From the IMG/VR virus record IMGVR_UViG_3300028197_000002: DNA of 64,000 nucleotides; one strand, given 5' to 3'. Under the pieces are notes generated by a model. The model did not search any database. It worked only from the letters and a program-made list of their open reading frames with translations, and was not told the origin of the DNA. This stretch comes from a virus. Lineage: Duplodnaviria; Caudoviricetes. Positions within the stretch are counted from its first letter, which is position 1; every line of letters begins with the position of its first letter. Positions 1-9,247 of this stretch are shown here, piece by piece. The translations under genes and the position numbers were made by a program.

Positions 1-1
1 A

Positions 2-1810
2 AAAGTAAGAACAGAATTTCCATATAGTGAAAATGTTTATAATATGGAAGAATACAATGGATCTACAAGAGATAGTTATGATCCTTGTGATATAGAAAAA
101 GAATTCATGGAAAGCTGTGGTCAATGTCAGGGATCAAAATTAAATATTGATGTAGAAATAGAAGAATTATCTGAAGATAGAATATTGGAAGCTCAGAGAA
201 CTATAGAAGAATACATCCCTTTTCATAGCATAATCCATTCAATAAATTTTGTTGGTTCGGTGCATGAATTTGTAACCTCTCCAGTTGAGGTTATTAATTC
301 TTTAATTACAAACAATTATGAGGACTCAACAATTTCAGGAAATGCTCAAGTTATATTTAACAGAGCAATTCCACCTGAGCAATGGGATTCTATAAAAAGA
401 AATGTTTTGGCTACAATGTCAGACAAAACAGGTACAGTTACTGGAACTGGATACAATAATAAAATACTTCTATATTGTCCAAGTTCTAGCACTACTGCTG
501 AACTTGAAAATTATGATTTCAAAGATAAGGTTGGATCTTTTATTCAAAGAAATATAAATGAAACTGATTTAAGTGGAGCCGCGTCTGACAACTCTAATAT
601 ATTAGAAATACTTTCTCCTTCTGCAAACCAAGGAGCCTACAGCGTATCTAATGTTCAAAAAGACATGGTTGAAATTACTGTTGGAACTGTGAGTGAGCCA
701 ATTGATACTTCGCAATTTGAATTTAGAATATCAAACAAAATTTTTGAAGAAAGCTCAGTAGACATAACTCAAGATGATCAATATATTTTCTCTGTAGAAA
801 CAAATTTATCTACTTTTGGAATAGTTAGTCAAAAAGACATAGATGATGGAATAGCGACAGGTCCACCTTGGGAAATTCATCTTGAATGGACTCCTTTGAT
901 AAGCGAATATGAAATTCAAGAAGTTCTTCCAAATGGAACTTTGATTTTAAGTGGATCTGCCCCATTGGGTTCTATGCCTTCAGATTGGAAATTGGTAAAG
1001 GATCCTTCATTACCTTCTGAGAGTATTGTTGCTCAAGGAACGTATGACGACGGAACCAACTCTTCTTTAGAAACTGTTTATCAAGCCATAGTTGACTTTG
1101 ATCCGTCAGGAACATCTACAATAACAGATGTTCGAAATCATGTCAAAATTGGAGATTATTTATCTTACAGTTCGTATGACTATAAAATTAAAAGTTTTTT
1201 AAAAAATGAAACTCATAAATTTTATATAGAAACTCCCGCTAGCAGCCCCGGATATCCATTTGGATTGGGTGGAGTTGCGGTCAAGACATATAGAAGAATC
1301 ATAGAGAATGCGGTTGGAAGACTTGGGTATGATGGTTTAAGCCTAGAAACGACAGTAAATTACGAATCTAATTTGCCCATTCAAAATGGAACAAATGCAA
1401 TAGCAATCAAAACATTAGAAAGTGAATTTAAAGAAAATTACTTAATTTTAATAGGTTCTGACTACTACTCTATAACAGACATAGATGGAACCACCATTAC
1501 GTTAAATGGGCCTAATGACAACATTTGGAAAACTACAGGGACACCTGTAGACTTTACTATATACCAATTTATTAATCAACCATTGAGCATACAAGAAAAT
1601 CAATATCCTGTAAATCCCGGACACGACTTTGAAGAAGTTGTGAGATCAGATAATGAAGTCATAACTAATAGCGTGGAATCTTCTGTGTCTTTTCTTGCTG
1701 CTAAAGCTTTGAATAATGCAAATGAACTTTTGGATTCAACGACACAAAACGAAGGTGTGAACTTTAAGATCGAGTATCAAGATGGAACAAGTGAGGAAGG
1801 TGAAATATGA
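2..1810 (+). CDS. Probable baseplate/tail structural protein, 5'-truncated at window edge
   Basis: Frame is open from position 2 (KVRTEFPYSENVYN) into the listed ATG at 44. Acidic beta-rich composition; first of a run of overlapping structural-looking genes. Confidence 0.5.
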   Translation, partial: KVRTEFPYSENVYNMEEYNGSTRDSYDPCDIEKEFMESCGQCQGSKLNIDVEIEELSEDRILEAQRTIEEYIPFHSIIHSINFVGSVHEFVTSPVEVINSLITNNYEDSTISGNAQVIFNRAIPPEQWDSIKRNVLATMSDKTGTVTGTGYNNKILLYCPSSSTTAELENYDFKDKVGSFIQRNINETDLSGAASDNSNILEILSPSANQGAYSVSNVQKDMVEITVGTVSEPIDTSQFEFRISNKIFEESSVDITQDDQYIFSVETNLSTFGIVSQKDIDDGIATGPPWEIHLEWTPLISEYEIQEVLPNGTLILSGSAPLGSMPSDWKLVKDPSLPSESIVAQGTYDDGTNSSLETVYQAIVDFDPSGTSTITDVRNHVKIGDYLSYSSYDYKIKSFLKNETHKFYIETPASSPGYPFGLGGVAVKTYRRIIENAVGRLGYDGLSLETTVNYESNLPIQNGTNAIAIKTLESEFKENYLILIGSDYYSITDIDGTTITLNGPNDNIWKTTGTPVDFTIYQFINQPLSIQENQYPVNPGHDFEEVVRSDNEVITNSVESSVSFLAAKALNNANELLDSTTQNEGVNFKIEYQDGTSEEGEI

Positions 1811-2283
1811 AGATAGAAAATTTTGCAGCCTGTAGAGGCGATGTAACTGTTCTTATTGAACATAAAGATGGTTGCCAACAAACAATAGAGTTCAGAAATA
1901 CAATTTTAAAAGCAGGAAGAAATGCTTTGGTTTCTGGATTAGCTAATGAAATTGGAAATGATTTTGATTTTTTTGTTAGTAGAATGATTTTTGGAGATGG
2001 TGGAACTCAAGGTGGAGTGCCAAAGCAAGTTGAAGAAACCAGAACTGGATTATTTGGTTCGGCAAGGGTTACAAAACCTGTGATTGCGAACATAGATCCA
2101 AATAATAGCACACAAGTTGTATTTACTTCTACTGTGCCTTACGACGAAGGCAATGGATACGCTTTAAATGAAATGGCTCTTCAATTAAATAATGGTGATT
2201 ATTATAGCATGGCTACTTTTCCGGGAATATCTAAAACATCAACCATGCAGATAACTTGGAATTGGAGATTGTCTTTTATCTAA
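1807..2283 (+). CDS. Tail-collar/baseplate fibre-attachment-like protein
   Basis: RMIFGDGGT motif, NEMAL..YYSMATFP.ISKT..MQITWNWRL C-terminus resembling tail-collar fibre N-domains; ATGA overlap with the upstream gene. Confidence 0.55.
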   Translation: MKIENFAACRGDVTVLIEHKDGCQQTIEFRNTILKAGRNALVSGLANEIGNDFDFFVSRMIFGDGGTQGGVPKQVEETRTGLFGSARVTKPVIANIDPNNSTQVVFTSTVPYDEGNGYALNEMALQLNNGDYYSMATFPGISKTSTMQITWNWRLSFI

Positions 2284-2293
2284 TTTAATTAAA

Positions 2294-2548
2294 ATGAAAA
2301 GAAAAGTTTTATTTGAAATCAGAAGATTTAATGGCGAAGATTTAATTTTTATTGATAATCAATATTTTGATTTTGCAATAGATGATTCTTCTTTAGAAAA
2401 AGTTAATTCTTTAGAAGGCGAAGAATTAGAAAAAGTTCATGAAAATATTAAAAATTATCTTCTAACATCACTTGCTCAGGTTCTAGGCAGAGCAGTAGCA
2501 ATGAAAGAAGTTATGGAGGCTATTAAAACAGGCTATATACAACTATGA
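2294..2548 (+). CDS. Hypothetical protein
   Basis: 84-aa ORF in operon, overlapping the next start. Confidence 0.5.
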   Translation: MKRKVLFEIRRFNGEDLIFIDNQYFDFAIDDSSLEKVNSLEGEELEKVHENIKNYLLTSLAQVLGRAVAMKEVMEAIKTGYIQL

Positions 2549-3024
2549 TGCTAGTAGAAGAAAAGGACAAAAGGTTCTACATAAAAGAATCAAATATAAA
2601 AGATGCAGGAATGGGAGTTTTTGCTTCTGAGGATATCAAAAAAGAGTCTTATCTAGAAATAATAGGAGTCATGGTCAATGTAGGTTCGGTTTCGGATCAA
2701 TGCACTGATTTTGCAAAAGACTATAAATTTGCAGCTCAATATGAAGATAAATATACAAGACATATTATTCCAATGGGTTATGCGGCAATAATCAATCACG
2801 CGACAGAAGAAAAAGATCAAAATGCTACAATAAGATTTATAAATAAAAATAATAAGAACCCAGCCGCTTCTTCTGCTGTTTATTTTTTCACAAAAGATAT
2901 AAAAAAAGATGACGAAATATTGGGAAATTATGGAGAAAAATGGCAAACTAGAATTGCAGAAGATGCTGACTGGCAAATGTTTTTAGATTTAGAACTATAT
3001 AATTTAAAGAAATTAAAAAGATAA
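2545..3024 (+). CDS. SET-domain protein (putative protein-lysine methyltransferase)
   Basis: SET signature blocks: SNIKDAGMGVFASEDIKK, AIINHA (NHS-like), FFTKDIKKDDEILGNYG (ELxxxY-like). Confidence 0.8.
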   Translation: MMLVEEKDKRFYIKESNIKDAGMGVFASEDIKKESYLEIIGVMVNVGSVSDQCTDFAKDYKFAAQYEDKYTRHIIPMGYAAIINHATEEKDQNATIRFINKNNKNPAASSAVYFFTKDIKKDDEILGNYGEKWQTRIAEDADWQMFLDLELYNLKKLKR

Positions 3025-3036
3025 TAAGGATTAAAT

Positions 3037-3870
3037 ATGCCAGACATCAGTAAAGTGCCAGAAGTTTTGTATCAAGGTCTTCAACCTTATCATGTACAAT
3101 ATGACAATCTACCTTTAGCAAATATATTAACGAGAATAGACTTAGTTAATAACCAAGTAGATATAAATGCAGATATTCTAAGAGGAGCTAACGGAACAGT
3201 TGGATCTTTAAGCAATAGGCTTTCTGTTGGCATTAATGATGACGGCACTTTAAAGTATGCTGCGGTTAACAATGTTCTTCACAATATAGGATATCATGTC
3301 GATGGAACATATGATGGCGTAGACTATGTAAGAATGAAAAGTGAAGAAAGAGATAAACTTTCTTTAATAGATTCCGAGGCCAATAAACTCTACATAGAAA
3401 TTGAGGATTCAATCCCAGTTTCTGCAATTTCTGCAGTGTCTTACATACCTAGCAACATAACTGTTTCCACTGGAACCCTGAGATTCAGAAGCACAGATAC
3501 AGTTAAGTTTGATTTTGAATCTCCAGATGTAATAAAAGCAAGATCTGTTTTTCCTGTGAGTAGTGCTCACCAACATCATTATGGATTATCTCCAGCTCAT
3601 CAAACACCATCAACTCCAGACTACAAAAACTTTATGACCACTTCTGTCAACACTCCTTTTATGGTAGGGACTCTTAGAGTATATGTAAACGGAATTAGAA
3701 TTTTAGATACAACTCCAACCTTAGTCCCAGCATATTCCGATGTGTCCACTTGGACAGAAACTTTTATAAGCTCTTCAACTGATACAAATGGCAATTTCAC
3801 ATTGAATAGAGCCTTGGCATCTAATGATGTAATAAGAATAGATTTTGATGAAGATCTGTCTGGTTCTTAA
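3037..3870 (+). CDS. Probable virion structural (tail-associated) protein
   Basis: Beta-rich, T/S-rich; C-terminal LRVYVNGIRI...FTLNRALASNDVIRIDF fold seen in phage tail proteins (inference). Confidence 0.45.
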   Translation: MPDISKVPEVLYQGLQPYHVQYDNLPLANILTRIDLVNNQVDINADILRGANGTVGSLSNRLSVGINDDGTLKYAAVNNVLHNIGYHVDGTYDGVDYVRMKSEERDKLSLIDSEANKLYIEIEDSIPVSAISAVSYIPSNITVSTGTLRFRSTDTVKFDFESPDVIKARSVFPVSSAHQHHYGLSPAHQTPSTPDYKNFMTTSVNTPFMVGTLRVYVNGIRILDTTPTLVPAYSDVSTWTETFISSSTDTNGNFTLNRALASNDVIRIDFDEDLSGS

Positions 3871-3881
3871 TCCTTAATGTA

Positions 3882-4418
3882 ATGAACAAAAACTTTGAAT
3901 TTATAATTTTATCTCCAAATTATAATATTGGAGGATTGAGAATTACTCTAAACTCTATAGAATGCTACTACCCAGATTCAAATGTTATTTGTGTAGTTAA
4001 CAAAGATGTTAAAAGCGATCAACTACAAGAAATGAAAAAGCATTGCAATTGCATTAGAAGTGGCAAAACAATTACATCTTTGATTAATAAAGGATATTCT
4101 AAAATAAAGTCTAATTGGGGAGTTTTAGTTCTTGAAGGAGCAAGAGTAAGTAGATGTTTGAACCGCTACAAAAACTGGATGGCTAGCAATGACGATATTT
4201 TCTTTCCTTTGATGGTGGAATTCAAAGGAGATAAAAAAATATTACATGATACTCTTTATAACTGTTCTTTAAATGGAATTTGCATACACAAAGAAATGTT
4301 CGACAAAGTAGGAAATTTTTCTGAAAACCCATTAGAAATATCAAGACGATTTTGGACTCTTCAAGCCTATGACGAAGGAGCGATATTCAAATCTGTCTTA
4401 GGGATCAGAATTTGTTAG
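3882..4418 (+). CDS. Glycosyltransferase-A-fold-like protein, divergent
   Basis: FIILSPNY..GLRITLNSI N-terminus and GNFSENPLEISRRFW resemble a GT2 fold; no clear DxD. Confidence 0.35.
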   Translation: MNKNFEFIILSPNYNIGGLRITLNSIECYYPDSNVICVVNKDVKSDQLQEMKKHCNCIRSGKTITSLINKGYSKIKSNWGVLVLEGARVSRCLNRYKNWMASNDDIFFPLMVEFKGDKKILHDTLYNCSLNGICIHKEMFDKVGNFSENPLEISRRFWTLQAYDEGAIFKSVLGIRIC

Positions 4419-4954
4419 TTGACATTAAAAAAATACCATCTGTCATAAGTTTTGAAATATTTTCCTGAGTCAATATTTCTCAGATATTCTTTTATTTCAT
4501 CCCAACTAGAGAAAATCATTTGATGTGGTATTGTTCCAAACAACCAATCTGGAGCATTTTTCTTTCCTTGTTCCATGTGTATTAGAATAGGCTTTTTTTG
4601 TCTGTTCGCCCAAAAAATTTCTTCATAAGTTCCACAAGGATGAACATCTAAATCTAAATTAACAACTAAAAAATTACTTATATCAACTAATCGAAGATCT
4701 GTTGTCCTTATGGTTTTCATCATCTTAGATATTTCATCGTACTTTTCTTCTGCTTTGTAACGAGTTTTTATTGCATGAGCGTCATCTGTTTCTAAACCTA
4801 TTTCAAGTGGTTTTTTCAAAGGATTAAAAACTACTATATTTAGAGATTCTAAAAAAGGAGTGATGCTGTCTCTCCAAGCAACCCCACGGTCAGGAACTCT
4901 ATCCATCGCTCCTGCTAGGTAAACTTTTTGGTTGTTTAATTTATTCATGATCAC
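4415..4954 (-). CDS. Nucleoside 2-deoxyribosyltransferase / N-glycosidase family protein
   Basis: KVYLAGAMD, VFNPL, DLRLVDISNFLVVNLD, CGTYEEIFWA (catalytic Glu region). Confidence 0.75.
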   Translation of the reverse strand: MIMNKLNNQKVYLAGAMDRVPDRGVAWRDSITPFLESLNIVVFNPLKKPLEIGLETDDAHAIKTRYKAEEKYDEISKMMKTIRTTDLRLVDISNFLVVNLDLDVHPCGTYEEIFWANRQKKPILIHMEQGKKNAPDWLFGTIPHQMIFSSWDEIKEYLRNIDSGKYFKTYDRWYFFNVN

Positions 4955-5004
4955 AGTTTATCAGAATAACATATTTAAAAAAAGACTAAAAATACTCTAA
5001 TAGA

Positions 5005-5727
5005 TTGAATGTTTATATTTTTAGGAGAAATGAAATGAATGAAATGAGCTTGCTATCTGAAGTAGATAATTTATTAAAAAGCAATAAGTTGTCTAATCGA
5101 CACACTTTTTTTCAACTTAAGCACTTTGTAATAGGTAAAGAATTAACAACACAAGCAAAAATGCAAAAATGCCTTAAAGAAATGGAATCGAGAGCAGCTG
5201 CTTTAAAATCAATGAAATTAAGCCAAGATGAGGCAAAAGATGACATTGAATTGATTAATCTAAAAATTATTAATTTAGATAAAAAGAAATCCAAAAATAA
5301 CATAAATAAACAGTATAAAGAAATTCAGATAAGAAAGTTAAAAAGAAAATCGCACCAATTTGAAGAAGCTTTGTCTAGCATTATTTCTAAGCAAAAAGAC
5401 ACAGAAGAAGAAATTGATTTTTTTCTATCTGCATTCAAACAACTAGAACAAATAGAACCATACAAAGGACACGACGACCCAGAATCTAATGCAAAACTTT
5501 GGAATGACACCTTCGGACAAGAATTGCAATTAAGACTATTAATGCAAAAACCTCTAGATTTAGAATTAGTTAAATCCATACTGTGTCTAGATACCAACTC
5601 ACCTGTTCGACAAGAAATGGTTAGCATCTTAGATCAAATACAACATAAGGCAATAGCTCAAAAAAAACAGCAAGAAGCATTGAGCCAACAAAATAACGCA
5701 TTGGAGCAGAAAAATAAAAATGAGTAG
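5005..5727 (+). CDS. Coiled-coil hypothetical protein
   Basis: Heptad-rich helical 240-aa ORF overlapping the next gene; true start uncertain. Confidence 0.5.
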   Translation: MNVYIFRRNEMNEMSLLSEVDNLLKSNKLSNRHTFFQLKHFVIGKELTTQAKMQKCLKEMESRAAALKSMKLSQDEAKDDIELINLKIINLDKKKSKNNINKQYKEIQIRKLKRKSHQFEEALSSIISKQKDTEEEIDFFLSAFKQLEQIEPYKGHDDPESNAKLWNDTFGQELQLRLLMQKPLDLELVKSILCLDTNSPVRQEMVSILDQIQHKAIAQKKQQEALSQQNNALEQKNKNE

Positions 5728-6787
5728 AAAATCAACTTTAGATAATGACTATATCACAGGAAGTCTTTCTAATTTTTCACCAGACCCAAGAACGCTAGCT
5801 ACAGATCCAAAAGTTTTAGACTCTAAAGATAGTTTGTATGAAGTTTCAAATAATGGCGAGACAAAACTAAAAGCAAACTTATCTTACAATGGAAAGTTAT
5901 TAGTTGTAGAAGATACAAGCTCATTTCCAGACAAAGGACTTATTAGAGTAGGTGCGGCTGCTGGGGATTCTGGCCCTGCTGAATTAATCTACTATGGTGA
6001 AAAAACAAAAGGAACTTTTAAAAAGTTGACAAGAGGATTTGCGGGTTCGAGACAAAACCAATGGACAGTAGATAGCTGGGTAACTAATGCTGTGACTGCT
6101 GAACCCCACAATGCTGTAAAAGATGCTTTGCTAAACATAGAAGAAAAAACAGGCGTGAAAAATAATCCTGTAGATACAAGTTTAAATGGAAGAGTGAATT
6201 CATTAGAGCAAAGATTTTTAGCTCCTAAATCATCTTTTAAAGGATTTCCAAAAGAAGGAGAGAGTGGTTTAAAAGTAACTTTTCATGACTTTTCTGAAGG
6301 CGATGTCGTAAGATACTTGTGGGATTTTGGAGATGGTACTCAATCAACAAAAAAAAATCCAACACACACTTATCTTTCTGAAGGATTTTTTACAGTTAAA
6401 CTTAGCATCATAACGAGTACAGGTGGGCAAGGCGCTGCAGAAAAATTAAATTATATAAAAATAGACAATGAATCAAAACAAGCATTTTTTTATGTGTTAC
6501 CACAAGAAACCGGAGTTTCAGTAAAAACAGCTCAAGAAAGAACAGATAGTGGAACTCCGACAGCTGCTACCAGATACAGATTTGTAGACCAAACTGATGG
6601 AGATGTTAAGCAAAGATTTTGGATCTTTGGAGATGGTAGTGAGAATTTAGTTACTGATGATCCAAATGTGCATGAAGTTGAGCACGAATATGAAAACCCG
6701 GGGCAGTACGATCCTTCTGTTCTGGTGGCTTTTGCAGATGATAGTTTGAAAAGAATTTACTTACAAAGGACGGTTATTGTAGAATGA
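5720..6787 (+). CDS. PKD-domain virion protein (tail/baseplate appendage)
   Basis: Two PKD motifs (YLWDFGDGT...NPTHTY...FTVKL; FWIFGDG...HEYENPGQY). Confidence 0.75.
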   Translation: MSRKSTLDNDYITGSLSNFSPDPRTLATDPKVLDSKDSLYEVSNNGETKLKANLSYNGKLLVVEDTSSFPDKGLIRVGAAAGDSGPAELIYYGEKTKGTFKKLTRGFAGSRQNQWTVDSWVTNAVTAEPHNAVKDALLNIEEKTGVKNNPVDTSLNGRVNSLEQRFLAPKSSFKGFPKEGESGLKVTFHDFSEGDVVRYLWDFGDGTQSTKKNPTHTYLSEGFFTVKLSIITSTGGQGAAEKLNYIKIDNESKQAFFYVLPQETGVSVKTAQERTDSGTPTAATRYRFVDQTDGDVKQRFWIFGDGSENLVTDDPNVHEVEHEYENPGQYDPSVLVAFADDSLKRIYLQRTVIVE

Positions 6788-9231
6788 TACCAAATCCAAC
6801 AAAGTTCCCAACAGAATTAGACACAGATGAAAATTTATTTTTAGTTCATGATTCTCTTAGGGTTCGTCTCGTAAGTGATTATAATCCCGGGGATGTATCT
6901 ATAACTGTAGAGGGTGATTCCGATACACTAAGTACATTTCCTCCTACTGGGATAATAACTTTAACAGAACAATGTAGCGATATAGATAAAAGAGCTATAA
7001 GTTTTTTTTACGGGTCGAGAACACAATCAGCTGACGGAAGAACAGGAACATTTGATCAATTAGACATTCTTCCTGAATTTGAAGATGTGGTTAAATTAAA
7101 AAAAATCACAAACATCACAATGAATGTTTTGGACAAACACCATAATCATTTAAAAGATGCTTTGATTGCTGTTGAAACTTTTTTAGGAATCCAAGGTCAA
7201 ACAGACACTATTCCTTTTGGAACAACGATTACAGGGAGGATGAATTTTCTAAAAAAATTAGTTTTGAGTCCAAGAGCTTGGTTTACAGTAGATAAAAGAA
7301 TTGGATTAACACCTTTGTGTGTTGAGTTTAAACAAGAATCTTTTAGAACAGATACTGATGATGTAGTTTACATGTGGGACTTTGGAGACGATACTTCATA
7401 TAATGCCTCTTACATATCAGGAGTTTCTACAATAACTCCTGACAATGGAACTATATCTGTTACCAATCAAGTTCCTGATGGAGCGACTAACGTAACAGTT
7501 AGAGATATAGATGGAGGCAAAATTACAAAATGTTATGATAATGCTGGATTGTATAATGTGAAGCTAACTGTAAGAAATCAGTATGGCGAAGATACAATTG
7601 AATTTAAAGAATTAATTAATGCAAAGATACCAGCTCCTGAATATGCTGCCATTCAGCTTAATCCAAATGCAAGCCAATCTTTTACTGCTGGAATACCAGC
7701 TGGTGGACCTTATACTACGCCACCTAAAATAAGAACTTCTGTTAGTGAATTTGTTCAGATGGAAATTCCAGAAGGAGAAAATCCCAATACTCCGGGTTAC
7801 AGCTTTGGAGGAGAACTTTTAAATTCGAATTCAAATCCTATAGATCCGATTATAAATTGGACTTGGAGTTTGGGAGATGATTTGTCTCACCTGAACTTGG
7901 ATTCAACAAAAGCCTTATATTCAATTGGTGGATATTACGATTTGACTCTTAGAGTAGATACGCAGTTTGGAACATATAGAATAACGAGTTATAAAGATTC
8001 TATAGATGTAGTTGAAACAAGAAATCTTTGGCTATACAACTATCAAACTAAAAATTCCGATGATAGCGGAGTTATAGAGGCGTGGGAATTTGGAATTTTA
8101 GGAGAAACTTTTAAAAAGTTAGGAAACCAAACTTTCGCTTTAGATAGAGACAATAGATTCTTAAAAGAATATTCAAAGTCGGCATACCACACAGGAACAG
8201 AAGATAGAGCAAAAAAAGAATTTTTTCGAAACTTCAACATTGCTCAACAAGGTTCAACGCCTTCTGGAGATAAAGGTAATTCTTTATTGTTTTGGGCAAA
8301 AGGAGCAGACGATAGCAGCTTCAATGCCTCTGGTCCACCTGCCTATCCTTCCGGCACCGAGCCGTCATTTTCCAATCCTTCCGGCTTTGCCCAAATATTA
8401 ACTAAAAAATATAATGGGTTTTCTGACACATATACTACCACTTCAAATATAAATTCTTCCACTGTTCCCCCTGCGTTTCCAGAATGGAATTGGGCACCTT
8501 TAATATCAGCAGACAACATTTATTTTATACTAGGTGTTTATGGCGATGGGCCAAGCTCTCCCGGTGATACCTCATATGACGCAATGTCTGATTCAATTGT
8601 AAACTATGATCTTCAAACAGAAACTTTTGAAATGGAATCAAATAATTCTTTTTCAAATGGAGCTAATGAAGTTCTTAGTATGGTTGAAAACATACAGGAT
8701 GATGGAGGTGGCACTTTATACCCAACAAATGGTTGGTTTGCAACATACCGAACTGCTTGGAAAGATCAAACTGGGTATCTTTTAAGAAACTCTGGTATTA
8801 ATGAATTTTTTAGGATTAGTAATTTTTATAGAACCGAAGGCGTAATTACTAATCCATTTACTAGTCTTTCAAAATTATCTGATATGACAGGCAGCTCTAA
8901 AGTTGAAGGAGAATTAGTAAATTTAAGTAACGGAGTATTTTTCTTTAATAACAGTGGAGAAATATCTGCTTGGAATGATATTACACAAACTTGGGAAATT
9001 GGAAGATCAAATTCTACTACTATTTCTTTTAGAAATTTGCAAGACTCTAACGTTTCTGGATTTGATAGTCGAGCAAATACCTTAATTGCAGCTTCCGATG
9101 GAGATAAAAACGCATACTTAAGTTACGACTATAGCAGGAACGCATTTATTAAATTTAATGGAACAGATCTCACCTTTAGCTCTATCGGTTCAAGGCCTAT
9201 GGAAAATCAATTAAAAATGACAGTTTACTAG
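6784..9231 (+). CDS. PKD-domain virion protein
   Basis: YMWDFGDD..YDNAGLYNVKLTVRN and WTWSLGDD..YSIGGYYDLTL PKD-like motifs; N-domain shared with neighbours. Confidence 0.7.
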   Translation: MIPNPTKFPTELDTDENLFLVHDSLRVRLVSDYNPGDVSITVEGDSDTLSTFPPTGIITLTEQCSDIDKRAISFFYGSRTQSADGRTGTFDQLDILPEFEDVVKLKKITNITMNVLDKHHNHLKDALIAVETFLGIQGQTDTIPFGTTITGRMNFLKKLVLSPRAWFTVDKRIGLTPLCVEFKQESFRTDTDDVVYMWDFGDDTSYNASYISGVSTITPDNGTISVTNQVPDGATNVTVRDIDGGKITKCYDNAGLYNVKLTVRNQYGEDTIEFKELINAKIPAPEYAAIQLNPNASQSFTAGIPAGGPYTTPPKIRTSVSEFVQMEIPEGENPNTPGYSFGGELLNSNSNPIDPIINWTWSLGDDLSHLNLDSTKALYSIGGYYDLTLRVDTQFGTYRITSYKDSIDVVETRNLWLYNYQTKNSDDSGVIEAWEFGILGETFKKLGNQTFALDRDNRFLKEYSKSAYHTGTEDRAKKEFFRNFNIAQQGSTPSGDKGNSLLFWAKGADDSSFNASGPPAYPSGTEPSFSNPSGFAQILTKKYNGFSDTYTTTSNINSSTVPPAFPEWNWAPLISADNIYFILGVYGDGPSSPGDTSYDAMSDSIVNYDLQTETFEMESNNSFSNGANEVLSMVENIQDDGGGTLYPTNGWFATYRTAWKDQTGYLLRNSGINEFFRISNFYRTEGVITNPFTSLSKLSDMTGSSKVEGELVNLSNGVFFFNNSGEISAWNDITQTWEIGRSNSTTISFRNLQDSNVSGFDSRANTLIAASDGDKNAYLSYDYSRNAFIKFNGTDLTFSSIGSRPMENQLKMTVY

Positions 9232-9247
9232 GGTAAATAATCTTATT

